DNA of 64,000 nt from a virus, in IMG/VR virus record IMGVR_UViG_3300045988_174992; one strand, given 5' to 3'. The notes below the pieces were generated by a model. The model saw nothing but the letters and a program-made list of their open reading frames with translations, made no database searches and had not been told where the DNA came from. Shown here one piece after another: positions 45,379 to 53,800 of the stretch (position 1 is its first letter; each line of letters begins with the position of its first letter). A program made the translations under genes and the position numbers.

Positions 45379-46578
45379 TTACTCACGATATGCAGTATCA
45401 TTGTCATTTATACGAAATACTGATGGATCTGCATTTCTCTGATCTTCATCATTCAAACACTCTTTATAGAGAGAATACAACTCAGCAAATGCTTTATTCA
45501 ACTCTGGAGTATTCTTAATGTACTGAAGAACTTTGAAATTAGAATTAGTAACTTCTGATGGATTCTTCATACCATACTTAGCCATAATCTGCTTTGCTTT
45601 AAGCTTTTCATGACCAAACAATCCATTCATACTATAGAATACATCAAGCTGCTTTTCAGTAAATTTCTTCTCAAGCATCTTAACAATCATCTTCCAAAGC
45701 TTAGCAATATCTTGCTGGTCGAGTGAAGCATCTGCATCTTCTTTAGAGTCAACCTTATCAAAGATTCCCTTGCCTTCATCTCCACCACCAATAGGTGATT
45801 CACCGGATACTGAAGTCTGCTTTGTATTTCTACCTGTATCTTTACGTTCCTTATTCTGAACAGAAACTGGAATACGTACTAAGTGTGAAGTATTCTTGAT
45901 ATTTTCAAGGATTACAATGCGAATCAAATAGCTAGCATAACTCAAGAAAGTGAATGCCTTACGCTTCTTCATTTCATCTTTCAATTCTCCAGCCATCTCT
46001 TCTGCTTCAGCATTCTTTCCTCCACGCTTCTTAGCAGTCTCTTCAGAAGACTTACCATATTGGTTCATTGCAATTGTAAGACCTTCCATACCGAAAGCAA
46101 ACAAATCGTCAAGAGAGAAGCTAGACTTTCCATTGAATCCACGAGCAATCTTCCAAACCAATGGAGTATACTTCTTAGCTACAGCATCACGACCCTTCTT
46201 AGTCTTCAAATCAAGCAATATCTCATCTGGTGAAATCTCATTCTTGATAATTGCGTTGAATTGCTCTTCAGTCTGAAATACTGGTACTTCAAGAAGACGG
46301 TGAGCCTTAGCAAGTGTTCCAATCCACTTGTACAATTCCTGCAACTTAGGATCTTTTGGTTTACCCTTACCATAGAAATTTTGCAATGAGCCAAGCTCCT
46401 TCATATATGTAGCATTGTTTACAATCAACCAATTGATGATTTCTTTAGCCTCAACAGAAATGAACTTGTCTGCTGTAGTAAGATATGTCTTAAGCTTAGC
46501 AGATGGAATGAAATCCAAAGTATCATTCTGTACATCAAGTGACTTAGCTTCTGCAACAAATTCTGATAATTTCTTCAT
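45379..46578 (-). CDS. sigma-70-family protein with CTS-like leader
   Basis: MKKLSEFVAE|AKS. Region-2-like LVWKIARGF..DDLFAFGMEGLTIAMNQYG. SYASYLIRIVILENI..HLVRIPVSV. Region-4-like C-terminus QLDVFYSMNGLFGHEKLKAKQIMAKYGM. Confidence 0.65.
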   Translation of the reverse strand: MKKLSEFVAEAKSLDVQNDTLDFIPSAKLKTYLTTADKFISVEAKEIINWLIVNNATYMKELGSLQNFYGKGKPKDPKLQELYKWIGTLAKAHRLLEVPVFQTEEQFNAIIKNEISPDEILLDLKTKKGRDAVAKKYTPLVWKIARGFNGKSSFSLDDLFAFGMEGLTIAMNQYGKSSEETAKKRGGKNAEAEEMAGELKDEMKKRKAFTFLSYASYLIRIVILENIKNTSHLVRIPVSVQNKERKDTGRNTKQTSVSGESPIGGGDEGKGIFDKVDSKEDADASLDQQDIAKLWKMIVKMLEKKFTEKQLDVFYSMNGLFGHEKLKAKQIMAKYGMKNPSEVTNSNFKVLQYIKNTPELNKAFAELYSLYKECLNDEDQRNADPSVFRINDNDTAYRE

Positions 46579-46708
46579 ATTTTCTTGAACTTTTTAAGTT
46601 TGAATTTCTAAATTTAATTTTTGTTCTTAAAGAACTAAAAGTGATGTTATTATTTCAAACAGGTCTTGAAATATATCAAGTACATGTTCTATTTTATATA
46701 ACGAGATG

Positions 46709-46737
46709 AATATAGAACAATAGGATAAAATTTCAAA
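46709..46737 (-). promoter_or_regulatory. phage promoter, TTTGAAAT / TTCTATATT class
   Basis: Reverse complement reads TTTGAAAT-N12-TTCTATATT, about 130 nt upstream of the start of 45379..46578. Confidence 0.55.
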
Positions 46738-46805
46738 CAAAATATGAAAAATTTTATTTTTTAATTGCCTAATTCACCTATTAGATAAAAATAGAGAAAT
46801 TTATA

Positions 46806-47351
46806 ATGATTTACAAGAAATCACATGGTATAAGTTGGATATTTAAGAAAATTGGATCAAATACCCTGACTTGGAGATTAGTAATGTTAGTACAATCAAT
46901 ATACAGATACATTACTGACATGTCATACATATCTGATACTTTATACAGTAAAGAATTCCTTACAGTTCTGAAGCAGTATCTTAGAATATCTGTAAAGAAA
47001 GATTGGATTGGAAGATTGTATGGTGTAATAAACCCATATATTGATATTGATGGAAAGATTGACTTCAACAATACAATCATAGAAATTGATGGAGACAATA
47101 CAAACAGTAATGAATATGTGAAGAATTGGGTATATAGACAGTTCAATTTGATTGACAATCTGTTCAAGATAAACAAACTTTATGATTATATTAATGTCGA
47201 CATAAAGCATGTGGGACCATTGAATGCAGACAATTATCTTATTGTAATTGATATTGTGAGCAGAAAAGAAATGGCTTATGCTTTGAAACGTGTTTTGAAA
47301 CAAACTATATTATATATGATTATCGCACTAAGTGCAGTAATATTGCTATAA
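46806..47351 (+). CDS. hypothetical protein (C-terminal membrane anchor)
   Basis: 181-aa ORF ending in the hydrophobic ILYMIIALSAVILL. Start uncertain. Confidence 0.5.
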   Translation: MIYKKSHGISWIFKKIGSNTLTWRLVMLVQSIYRYITDMSYISDTLYSKEFLTVLKQYLRISVKKDWIGRLYGVINPYIDIDGKIDFNNTIIEIDGDNTNSNEYVKNWVYRQFNLIDNLFKINKLYDYINVDIKHVGPLNADNYLIVIDIVSRKEMAYALKRVLKQTILYMIIALSAVILL

Positions 47352-47374
47352 ATTTACGTAAATTAAAAACCATT

Positions 47375-47893
47375 ATGAGTAAGAGAAAGTTATCAGAAGT
47401 AGAAAAGAATCAGCAAATTTACAATGACTTTGTAAAGACACTTGAAGGTAAGACAAATGAAGAGTTGCTTGCAATGGAGCAGGATCTCATCAAGGAAATT
47501 GACAAGCATGACCGTAAGGTTGCAAAGTATGAATTTAAGGTTGCTGATAAGGAAGCATTGAAGGAAGCTGTAGAAATTTATCGTTTCTTCATCAATAAGC
47601 AGAAGCTCCAGTTCAGTTATGTTGAAGGAATGCTTCAATTGTGGGATGCATTCAATCCAGATCTTGAGACAATTCCATACCCAACACTTGATGTAATATT
47701 GATGAATCTGGGTCAGCTTCAGTTTGAAGGTCATGATGAGTGGGTAAAGATCATGAAGTTCAATGAGTTTACTAAGCCATATTCAGATGAATATACTAAG
47801 CTTAAGGCTCGTACTTACTTGCTTTCAGAGGAGCATTCAGCTCTTCAATCTAAGCTCGGACTTGATGATGCCGCTACATCTAACAACAAGTAA
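47375..47893 (+). CDS. hypothetical protein
   Basis: 172-aa ORF followed by a terminator. Confidence 0.6.
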   Translation: MSKRKLSEVEKNQQIYNDFVKTLEGKTNEELLAMEQDLIKEIDKHDRKVAKYEFKVADKEALKEAVEIYRFFINKQKLQFSYVEGMLQLWDAFNPDLETIPYPTLDVILMNLGQLQFEGHDEWVKIMKFNEFTKPYSDEYTKLKARTYLLSEEHSALQSKLGLDDAATSNNK

Positions 47894-47907
47894 GAGTTAA
47901 TTACTGA

Positions 47908-47934
47908 ATGGAGAACTTAAGTTCTCCATTTTTA
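47908..47934 (+). terminator. rho-independent terminator
   Basis: ATGGAGAAC-TTAA-GTTCTCCAT followed by TTTT. Confidence 0.75.
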
Positions 47935-47955
47935 GTTTTATAAAAATTTTAGAAA

Positions 47956-48366
47956 ATGAAAATAATAGATAATTCGCCAATATGGGAACATGAAGATTTT
48001 GTAATGAGAAATCCAATGGTTGATTGCAAAATTGACAATATAGTAATAGGATGGATGATTGTGGATAAAGATACTGATGTACCTGAATCTTTTCAAATAT
48101 CATTTACCAAAGATGAATTGACTAGGTATTATAAGATATTTGAGAATCTGGTTGGTTTCATTATAAGTAAGATAGTTGATGGGTCAGTAAGCTACATTAC
48201 ACATTATGTTGATACACACGATTTTGGAAATCTGAATTACGAGAATATAATGGATCATGTTGAATTTCTATCTAAATTGAGATTTGAAGTACATACTTGG
48301 TTTGTACATGACAATATCAATATACTTAAAAGTTTTGAAGAATTGATTAAAGAAAAAATTAAATGA
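47956..48366 (+). CDS. hypothetical protein
   Basis: 136-aa ORF. Confidence 0.6.
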   Translation: MKIIDNSPIWEHEDFVMRNPMVDCKIDNIVIGWMIVDKDTDVPESFQISFTKDELTRYYKIFENLVGFIISKIVDGSVSYITHYVDTHDFGNLNYENIMDHVEFLSKLRFEVHTWFVHDNINILKSFEELIKEKIK

Positions 48367-48515
48367 ATATGGGCAAAGCATTAGAAAGTCTTAAGAAATA
48401 TTTTGAAGAAACACCAAAAGAACAATTAGACAAGGACTTTAAAGAAATAGACAATAAATGGGGTCATATAGGACCAACAGTTGAAGAATGGTTAGAAAGC
48501 AATTTTAAAAAGTAA
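48363..48515 (+). CDS. small hypothetical protein (50 aa, not in ORF track)
   Basis: ATGA overlap with the upstream stop. MNMGKALESLKKYFEETPKEQL... Fills the gap before the helicase gene. Confidence 0.45.
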   Translation: MNMGKALESLKKYFEETPKEQLDKDFKEIDNKWGHIGPTVEEWLESNFKK

Positions 48516-48519
48516 TTTT

Positions 48520-50451
48520 ATGATACATTTTAAATATTCAAATAAAGCTAATCAATATGTTTTTTTAAAGATAGATGGTTATAACGATTTAAAAGCTATT
48601 GCAAAACTTAAAGAAAAGATAAATTTAGTAGACCCAATATGTTATTTAAAATCATATCAAGGTACTCCATATACACAAGATTTTCTTTATGAATATGTTC
48701 AAAAATCTGGACAGAAAGTTTGGTATGCAAGTATTGGATTAACCCAAACTATTTGCAATATATTAAAAGAAAATAATTATGAATATGATGGAATACAAAA
48801 AGAAAAATATTTAACTGAATTTAATTTATCTTTTGAAGAATTCAAAAAAATAGTTGACAGTTGGAATTTGAAGTATACACCAAGACCATATCAGTATGAA
48901 GGGGCATATAAAATATTGCAATGGAAGCGATCAACATCTGTATTTGCTACAAGAGCTGGTAAGACTATGCTTAGTTATATAGTTTTCAGGTATGCAAGAG
49001 AATATCTTGGTGTACGTAGAATATTAATGATTGTACCAAGTATTGACTTAGTAAAGCAAGGATATTCTGACTTCAAAGAATATGGAGATTATTTCAACAG
49101 TGAATGTCTTTGGTCTGGTGGTAAGTTGGTTGAATCATCTGACTTGACAATTACAACATTCCAAACACTTGTGAATTTCTTAAATAAGAATTCAAAACGT
49201 TACAATCCACATTTCTTTGATGGTAATGGAATAGATAGATGTGGATATGATATGGTGTTTGTTGATGAAACACATCGTGCTACAGCTAAATCTATTAAGG
49301 ATATAATAAGCCAGCCATTCATGTCAAATGTGAAGATAGCATTTGGAATGACAGGTACTTTACCAAAAGATTTCACTATAGAAAGACACTGTATCAATGC
49401 ATTGCTAGGTCCTAAGATACAAGAATTGAATCCAAAAGACTTACAAGATGGCGGCTATATTTCTGATGTTAAGATAACACAGTGCAGATTGCAATATATG
49501 AATGAATGGCAATCCATTAAAGATTGGATAAAATGCGCAGAATATTGTTTGTCAATATTTGAGGAAGTACCTAATAAGAAGAATCCAAAGAAAATGGACC
49601 ATGTACCATTGACAGATCCAAAATTCTTAATTGCTTATAAGAAAAACCTACCACAAGGTATTATTGATGCTAAATGGAAGATATATGAAGAAAAGAAGCC
49701 AGATACCAGCAAGATGTCTGATGAACAATGGCAACAATATCAAGATTTACAGTATAAGCATTTTCTTCAGATGGTAATACAGGAATCTACAAAGACTAAT
49801 GCATTACATGTTGAAATGATGACTGTGCATTTCAAAGAAAGAAGAATAGATTGGTTGATAGCAAAGCTTAAGGATTGCCCTAACAATACATTGATTCTTG
49901 CACAACATCGTGAATATATAAAATATGTTTATGAAAGAGTTAAAGAAGCATACCCAGATAGAGAAGTCCTATATGTAATAGGTGGTTCTAAAGACAGAAA
50001 TATAGTGAAAGAAGTGATGAAAACCAAAAATAATGTGATACTGATCGCAGGGTATTCCATCATGAGCACTGGTATTACACTTTCTAATCTTTGTCATGGT
50101 TTCTTATTTGAATCATTCAAATCTCAAGTAATCAATATGCAATCTATTGGTAGAGGACTTGGTTTGTCAGATATGAAAGATGCTTATGAACTATATGATG
50201 TTACAGATCAATTTGATCCTAAGATAGCATCTAATAAAATATATCTCCAGGGTTTAGCCCGTTGTAAACTTTATAAAGAACAAAAATGGTCTTATAATAT
50301 AGAAGAAATTCCTTTGGAAGATTGTGTACATATAGATCAAAGAATAGTTGACTTTGTATATAAGAAGAAACCAAAGATAGAAGAAAAGAAAAAGAAAGAA
50401 CAAAATGCCAATGGAAGCTTGGGATTTTTAGAACAAGATTTATTTAAATAA
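48520..50451 (+). CDS. superfamily-2 DNA/RNA helicase (DExH, UvsW/type-III-Res-like)
   Basis: Walker A ATRAGKTM, DExH box VFVDETH, motif III MTGT, motif VI QSIGRGLG. Confidence 0.8.
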   Translation: MIHFKYSNKANQYVFLKIDGYNDLKAIAKLKEKINLVDPICYLKSYQGTPYTQDFLYEYVQKSGQKVWYASIGLTQTICNILKENNYEYDGIQKEKYLTEFNLSFEEFKKIVDSWNLKYTPRPYQYEGAYKILQWKRSTSVFATRAGKTMLSYIVFRYAREYLGVRRILMIVPSIDLVKQGYSDFKEYGDYFNSECLWSGGKLVESSDLTITTFQTLVNFLNKNSKRYNPHFFDGNGIDRCGYDMVFVDETHRATAKSIKDIISQPFMSNVKIAFGMTGTLPKDFTIERHCINALLGPKIQELNPKDLQDGGYISDVKITQCRLQYMNEWQSIKDWIKCAEYCLSIFEEVPNKKNPKKMDHVPLTDPKFLIAYKKNLPQGIIDAKWKIYEEKKPDTSKMSDEQWQQYQDLQYKHFLQMVIQESTKTNALHVEMMTVHFKERRIDWLIAKLKDCPNNTLILAQHREYIKYVYERVKEAYPDREVLYVIGGSKDRNIVKEVMKTKNNVILIAGYSIMSTGITLSNLCHGFLFESFKSQVINMQSIGRGLGLSDMKDAYELYDVTDQFDPKIASNKIYLQGLARCKLYKEQKWSYNIEEIPLEDCVHIDQRIVDFVYKKKPKIEEKKKKEQNANGSLGFLEQDLFK

Positions 50452-50459
50452 AATACAAT

Positions 50460-50705
50460 ATGAAAAAATTAAGTGAATTGGTAAATGAAAAGCTATCTGA
50501 TATAGAAGGTAAATGGGATCCACCAGAAGGATTGTTTGCAAAGAACAATCCTAGAGAGATAGCTCAAATACTTTTAGATGCTTCAGATTCAGAAGGTCAA
50601 GCAATGAAAAGACTTGTATTCTATATGAACAGAGCAGGAGAAGATTGTCCTAATAAAACAGTTTTGAATAAAGTAAAAGATATATTGAGAAGCAATACAA
50701 AATGA
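50460..50705 (+). CDS. hypothetical protein with CTS-like leader
   Basis: MKKLSELVNE|KLS. 81 aa. Confidence 0.6.
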   Translation: MKKLSELVNEKLSDIEGKWDPPEGLFAKNNPREIAQILLDASDSEGQAMKRLVFYMNRAGEDCPNKTVLNKVKDILRSNTK

Positions 50706-50731
50706 GGAAGACTTAAGTCTTCCTCATTTTT
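50702..50731. terminator. bidirectional hairpin terminator
   Basis: ATGAGGAAGAC-TTAA-GTCTTCCTCAT followed by TTTT, between convergent genes. Confidence 0.75.
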
Positions 50732-50732
50732 A

Positions 50733-51068
50733 TTATGCATTCTTAATTTTTGTTAATTCATCATTGAGACTATTTAATATTTTCTTTTGTTGTTTTACTA
50801 ATTTAGGGAATTTAAACAACATTTTTATTGAAGGATTTTCTTGTAATTGTTTTATTTCTTTAAATACAGGCACCATATCTTTTAAATGCTTAACAATAAT
50901 TTCTTTTGCTTTATCAAGTTCATCCTGATCAAGTTTTCTATCAGCATTTTTTTCTGTACTTTTAATTATAAATTCAGCAATGCCATCAAAATCACTATTA
51001 TCATTCAAACCTTGTAATAACACTGAAAGTTCATCTTTAAAATCAGTATTTTGATTTAGTTCTTTCAT
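50733..51068 (-). CDS. hypothetical protein
   Basis: 111-aa ORF. Confidence 0.55.
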   Translation of the reverse strand: MKELNQNTDFKDELSVLLQGLNDNSDFDGIAEFIIKSTEKNADRKLDQDELDKAKEIIVKHLKDMVPVFKEIKQLQENPSIKMLFKFPKLVKQQKKILNSLNDELTKIKNA

Positions 51069-51105
51069 TTATGAATAAATTTAATGATTTCATTTTATAT
51101 ATTAT

Positions 51106-51306
51106 CTAGTTTGATTTTTGATTTTTATGACCTACATGCCACTTATTGCAATAATTACAATAATATGGTTCTAAATAATCATTCTTTTGCCTATATAAAA
51201 ATAAAATTGCATCCTCTTTAGAAGAAAAAGCAATTTTGCTATGTTTGTTCTTGTTATAATGTGATCTTTTTGTTTGAGATATTTTCTCTGGCAACTTAAG
51301 AAACAT
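51106..51306 (-). CDS. small basic zinc-binding-like protein
   Basis: YYCNYCNKWHVGH near the C-terminus. 66 aa. Confidence 0.45.
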   Translation of the reverse strand: MFLKLPEKISQTKRSHYNKNKHSKIAFSSKEDAILFLYRQKNDYLEPYYCNYCNKWHVGHKNQKSN

Positions 51307-51326
51307 TAAACATTCTATATTTGTTT

Positions 51327-51545
51327 TTAATTTAAAATTTGAGTGAGATAGTCAATTGCTTCATCTCCTTCAATATCAGTAATAGAAATATCTCCATCCA
51401 AATCCATTATTTCTTCAAGATTCATTTTAAATGACTCAACTGTTTCTGGATATCCGTCAAATGAAGAAAATGGAAGAACTTCATTTTGTTCCATGGTTTC
51501 CAACTTACTAATAGCATCACTCAATTTAAAATTCATTTTATTCAT
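51327..51545 (-). CDS. hypothetical protein (paralog of 51574..51822, without leader)
   Basis: ETVESFKMNLEEIMDLDGDISITDIEGDEAIDYL aligns with the neighbouring gene. Confidence 0.5.
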   Translation of the reverse strand: MNKMNFKLSDAISKLETMEQNEVLPFSSFDGYPETVESFKMNLEEIMDLDGDISITDIEGDEAIDYLTQILN

Positions 51546-51573
51546 AATTTTAATAATCTTTATTTTGTTTAAC

Positions 51574-51822
51574 TTATTTCATCAAATCAATAAGGTACTT
51601 CTTAGCTTCCTTATGAGTGATTTCATTAATATCAACATCACCAACAATGTCAATAACACCTCTAAGATCATTTCTGAATGTTTCTACAGTATATTCTTTC
51701 TTAGGATCTGAGTACTCATCATAAAATCCAAGCTTCTGCTTAGGATCCATACCTGCTAATCTGTTATATGCTTGAGAAAGCTTTATTGATTTTCCTTCAA
51801 GAATTTCTACTAATGTCTTCAT
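51574..51822 (-). CDS. hypothetical protein with CTS-like leader
   Basis: MKTLVEILE|GKS. 82 aa. Confidence 0.55.
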   Translation of the reverse strand: MKTLVEILEGKSIKLSQAYNRLAGMDPKQKLGFYDEYSDPKKEYTVETFRNDLRGVIDIVGDVDINEITHKEAKKYLIDLMK

Positions 51823-51856
51823 TTATGTATAAATAAAATTTAAATAAAAATAAGAT

Positions 51857-52135
51857 TTAAATAAATCTAAACAGATTATTCCAATTTACTTTTTGAAAAT
51901 TCTCAATAAAATTCTTAAATGTGACTGGAGCCATACACCATTCTTTTGCTACTTCTTCAGGAGTTGCATCTTCATGACCATTATTGACCCAATCACGAAC
52001 ATCAGTGGCAAGATCAGATAAGATAACAGCATTTTCATCTGTATGTAAATATCTTACCGTGGTGAATGCAAATCCATCTAATATTTGATAATCAATCAAT
52101 TCATTGATTACATCTAAAGTTTCTTTTACTGTCAT
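51857..52135 (-). CDS. hypothetical protein
   Basis: 92-aa ORF. Confidence 0.55.
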   Translation of the reverse strand: MTVKETLDVINELIDYQILDGFAFTTVRYLHTDENAVILSDLATDVRDWVNNGHEDATPEEVAKEWCMAPVTFKNFIENFQKVNWNNLFRFI

Positions 52136-52152
52136 AGTTAATTGAATTTAGA

Positions 52153-52545
52153 TTAGTCTTCTGGTTCATCAAGAGTATCAGTTCCAAGAATGTAATCTGT
52201 AGAACTCAGAACTAAGGCACAATACTTCATAATGTCATAGTCATGATGATTCTTATCTAATACATCTACTAACTGATTTAAGAAAACTTTCTGATTAGTG
52301 ATATATTCAAACAATGTATCTGCGATATCAAGATACTGTGGAGTGTTCTCCTCTTTGTAGCCCATGTTTACATAAGACTTATAGATCTTACAAACAATCT
52401 CATAAACTACACTCTTGAGAGCTTCATTTGTCAAGTTCTTCATGTTGTGCTCTAACTGGTTGTGTACCTGTAAGAAACGGAATGCGATAGAAGTTGGAGC
52501 ACTCAAGTTGAAATTGTTTACTGTATTTGAATTCATCATAATCAT
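52153..52545 (-). CDS. hypothetical promoter-proximal protein
   Basis: Starts ATGATTATGATG after the tandem promoters. Confidence 0.6.
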   Translation of the reverse strand: MIMMNSNTVNNFNLSAPTSIAFRFLQVHNQLEHNMKNLTNEALKSVVYEIVCKIYKSYVNMGYKEENTPQYLDIADTLFEYITNQKVFLNQLVDVLDKNHHDYDIMKYCALVLSSTDYILGTDTLDEPED

Positions 52546-52581
52546 AAAAATTAAATTGTTCTACATTATTTTAACATATCT

Positions 52582-52610
52582 AATATAGAAAAGTTGAATT
52601 AAAATTCAAA
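52582..52610 (-). promoter_or_regulatory. phage promoter (proximal of a tandem pair)
   Basis: Reverse complement reads TTTGAATT-N12-TTCTATATT. Confidence 0.5.
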
Positions 52611-52637
52611 CTTTTATTTCCTGTTAACTTTAGTTAA

Positions 52638-52666
52638 CATATAGAACAATCTTCTAAAATTTCAAA
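52638..52666 (-). promoter_or_regulatory. phage promoter (distal of a tandem pair)
   Basis: Reverse complement reads TTTGAAAT-N12-TTCTATATG. Confidence 0.5.
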
Positions 52667-53225
52667 ATATTGGCAAAAAAGTTTGGCCTAAATTGAATTT
52701 TATTGTATTAAGAAGCATTCTTGTATGTTGATATTGCTCTTCTTTAATATCAAACAATGAAATGCAATTTGACTCATCATCAAACAATTCTTGGATAGAC
52801 TTCCAGATAGCCGTTGCATGGTCAAAAGCCAAATCATCTTTCCTTAGACCTACCAATGATACCCATTGTACTGTTGATGCATCATCTTTTGCTTTTATCA
52901 AACCTTCAAAATCATCATGAACTGTATCAGCATATACAATAGAAATGCATCTTTCTCGTGGATCTCTTCCTTCTTTAGTAAGAGCACAAACTTGAAACAT
53001 ATAACTCAAGCTCAAGTTTGTCTCTTCCTTAAGTTCACGAATAGCGGCACTCATAGCAGATCTGTCTTCTGGATCTAAGAATCCACCAGGAAGAGCTAGC
53101 TTTCCTTTGAATGGTTCATTCTTACGAGTGATGAGCAACACCTTTGGATTATTTGGATCCTTTAAATTGAAAATCACGTTATCTACTGTAACTGCATAAT
53201 GTACGTATTCGTATGTATAACTCAT
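52662..53225 (-). CDS. Nudix hydrolase (ADP-ribose pyrophosphatase-like)
   Basis: Nudix box GGFLDPEDRSAMSAAIRELKEETNL. The track start at 53261 lies inside the promoter -10 box, so ATG 53225 (MSYTYEY) is preferred. Confidence 0.75.
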   Translation of the reverse strand: MSYTYEYVHYAVTVDNVIFNLKDPNNPKVLLITRKNEPFKGKLALPGGFLDPEDRSAMSAAIRELKEETNLSLSYMFQVCALTKEGRDPRERCISIVYADTVHDDFEGLIKAKDDASTVQWVSLVGLRKDDLAFDHATAIWKSIQELFDDESNCISLFDIKEEQYQHTRMLLNTIKFNLGQTFLPIF

Positions 53226-53249
53226 AATTATTATTTTTTGTTCGAATAT

Positions 53250-53278
53250 AATATAGAACAATTTTTAAAAATTTCAAA
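53250..53278 (-). promoter_or_regulatory. phage promoter, TTTGAAAT / TTCTATATT class
   Basis: Reverse complement reads TTTGAAAT-N12-TTCTATATT. Confidence 0.6.
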
Positions 53279-53305
53279 TAAATATCATTTTAGAATACAA
53301 AAAAT

Positions 53306-53403
53306 ATTCACACAGGTAGCGTAAAATTTTCTTAGGTTATAATTTATACTCCTAAACAATTTTCCGCTCCCTGTGTGACCCAGGCGCTTTACTAGTGAAT
53401 CCT
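53306..53403 (+). repeat. conserved helix-closed element, copy 3
   Basis: ATTCACACAGGTAGCG...TTCCGCTCCCTGTGTGACCCAGGCGCTTTACTAGTGAATCCT. Confidence 0.7.
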
Positions 53404-53414
53404 TCGCTTATATG

Positions 53415-53765
53415 CTATCGTATAGTCCTTTTAGTCAATCTATAAGTACCATCTTCATATTTGATTATCCTATAAAACGTCCAGTTGCTTGACTTCATCC
53501 ATCCATAAGTTGATATGTCTTTCTTTGATTCATATCCTCTCATAGGTGAATATACCCATTCTACAGGATATATTGCTAATGTATCAGCAATACATACACT
53601 ATCTATAAAATGACGATCAACTATTGTATCAAGTTCATATTGCATTGTTGTATTGTCAATTTCTTTTGGTGTACCACAAGACATGAAGAAGAATGACAAT
53701 ATAATAGCAAACATCAATATCCAAGTAATTACTGTAGCTTGCATTTGTGTGAGATTTCTTTTCAT
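53415..53765 (-). CDS. putative lipoprotein
   Basis: Signal-peptide-like N-terminus ending in the lipobox-like FFMSC|GTP. 116 aa. Confidence 0.5.
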   Translation of the reverse strand: MKRNLTQMQATVITWILMFAIILSFFFMSCGTPKEIDNTTMQYELDTIVDRHFIDSVCIADTLAIYPVEWVYSPMRGYESKKDISTYGWMKSSNWTFYRIIKYEDGTYRLTKRTIR

Positions 53766-53800
53766 CTAATTTTTAAATATATATTTGATTAATAATCATC

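Larger units (their letters stand above)
52581..52666. repeat. 86-bp exact direct repeat, copy 2
   Basis: Identical to 20140..20225. Contains promoters 52582..52610 and 52638..52666 (minus strand). Confidence 0.85.

Noticed and set aside
44939-45442. 167-aa plus-strand ORF from the track
   Set aside because: It lies entirely antisense to two well-supported minus-strand leader-family genes and has low-complexity F/L/S-rich composition. It is a shadow ORF typical of AT-rich DNA. The same reasoning applies to most short opposite-strand track ORFs, for example 767..952, 1175..1369, 6880..7221, 16209..16565, 22897..23223 and 61061..61486.
52662-53261. N-terminal extensions MFYIIFEQKIII (here) and MFYFISEQKI (55116..55445) as a shared peptide
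   Set aside because: These codons overlap the promoter -10 box and conserved leader (TTCTAT[AT]TTAT...GAACAAAAAATAAT), so the similarity is in untranslated promoter and leader DNA. Internal ATGs at 53225 and at 55415 or 55406 are the likely starts.
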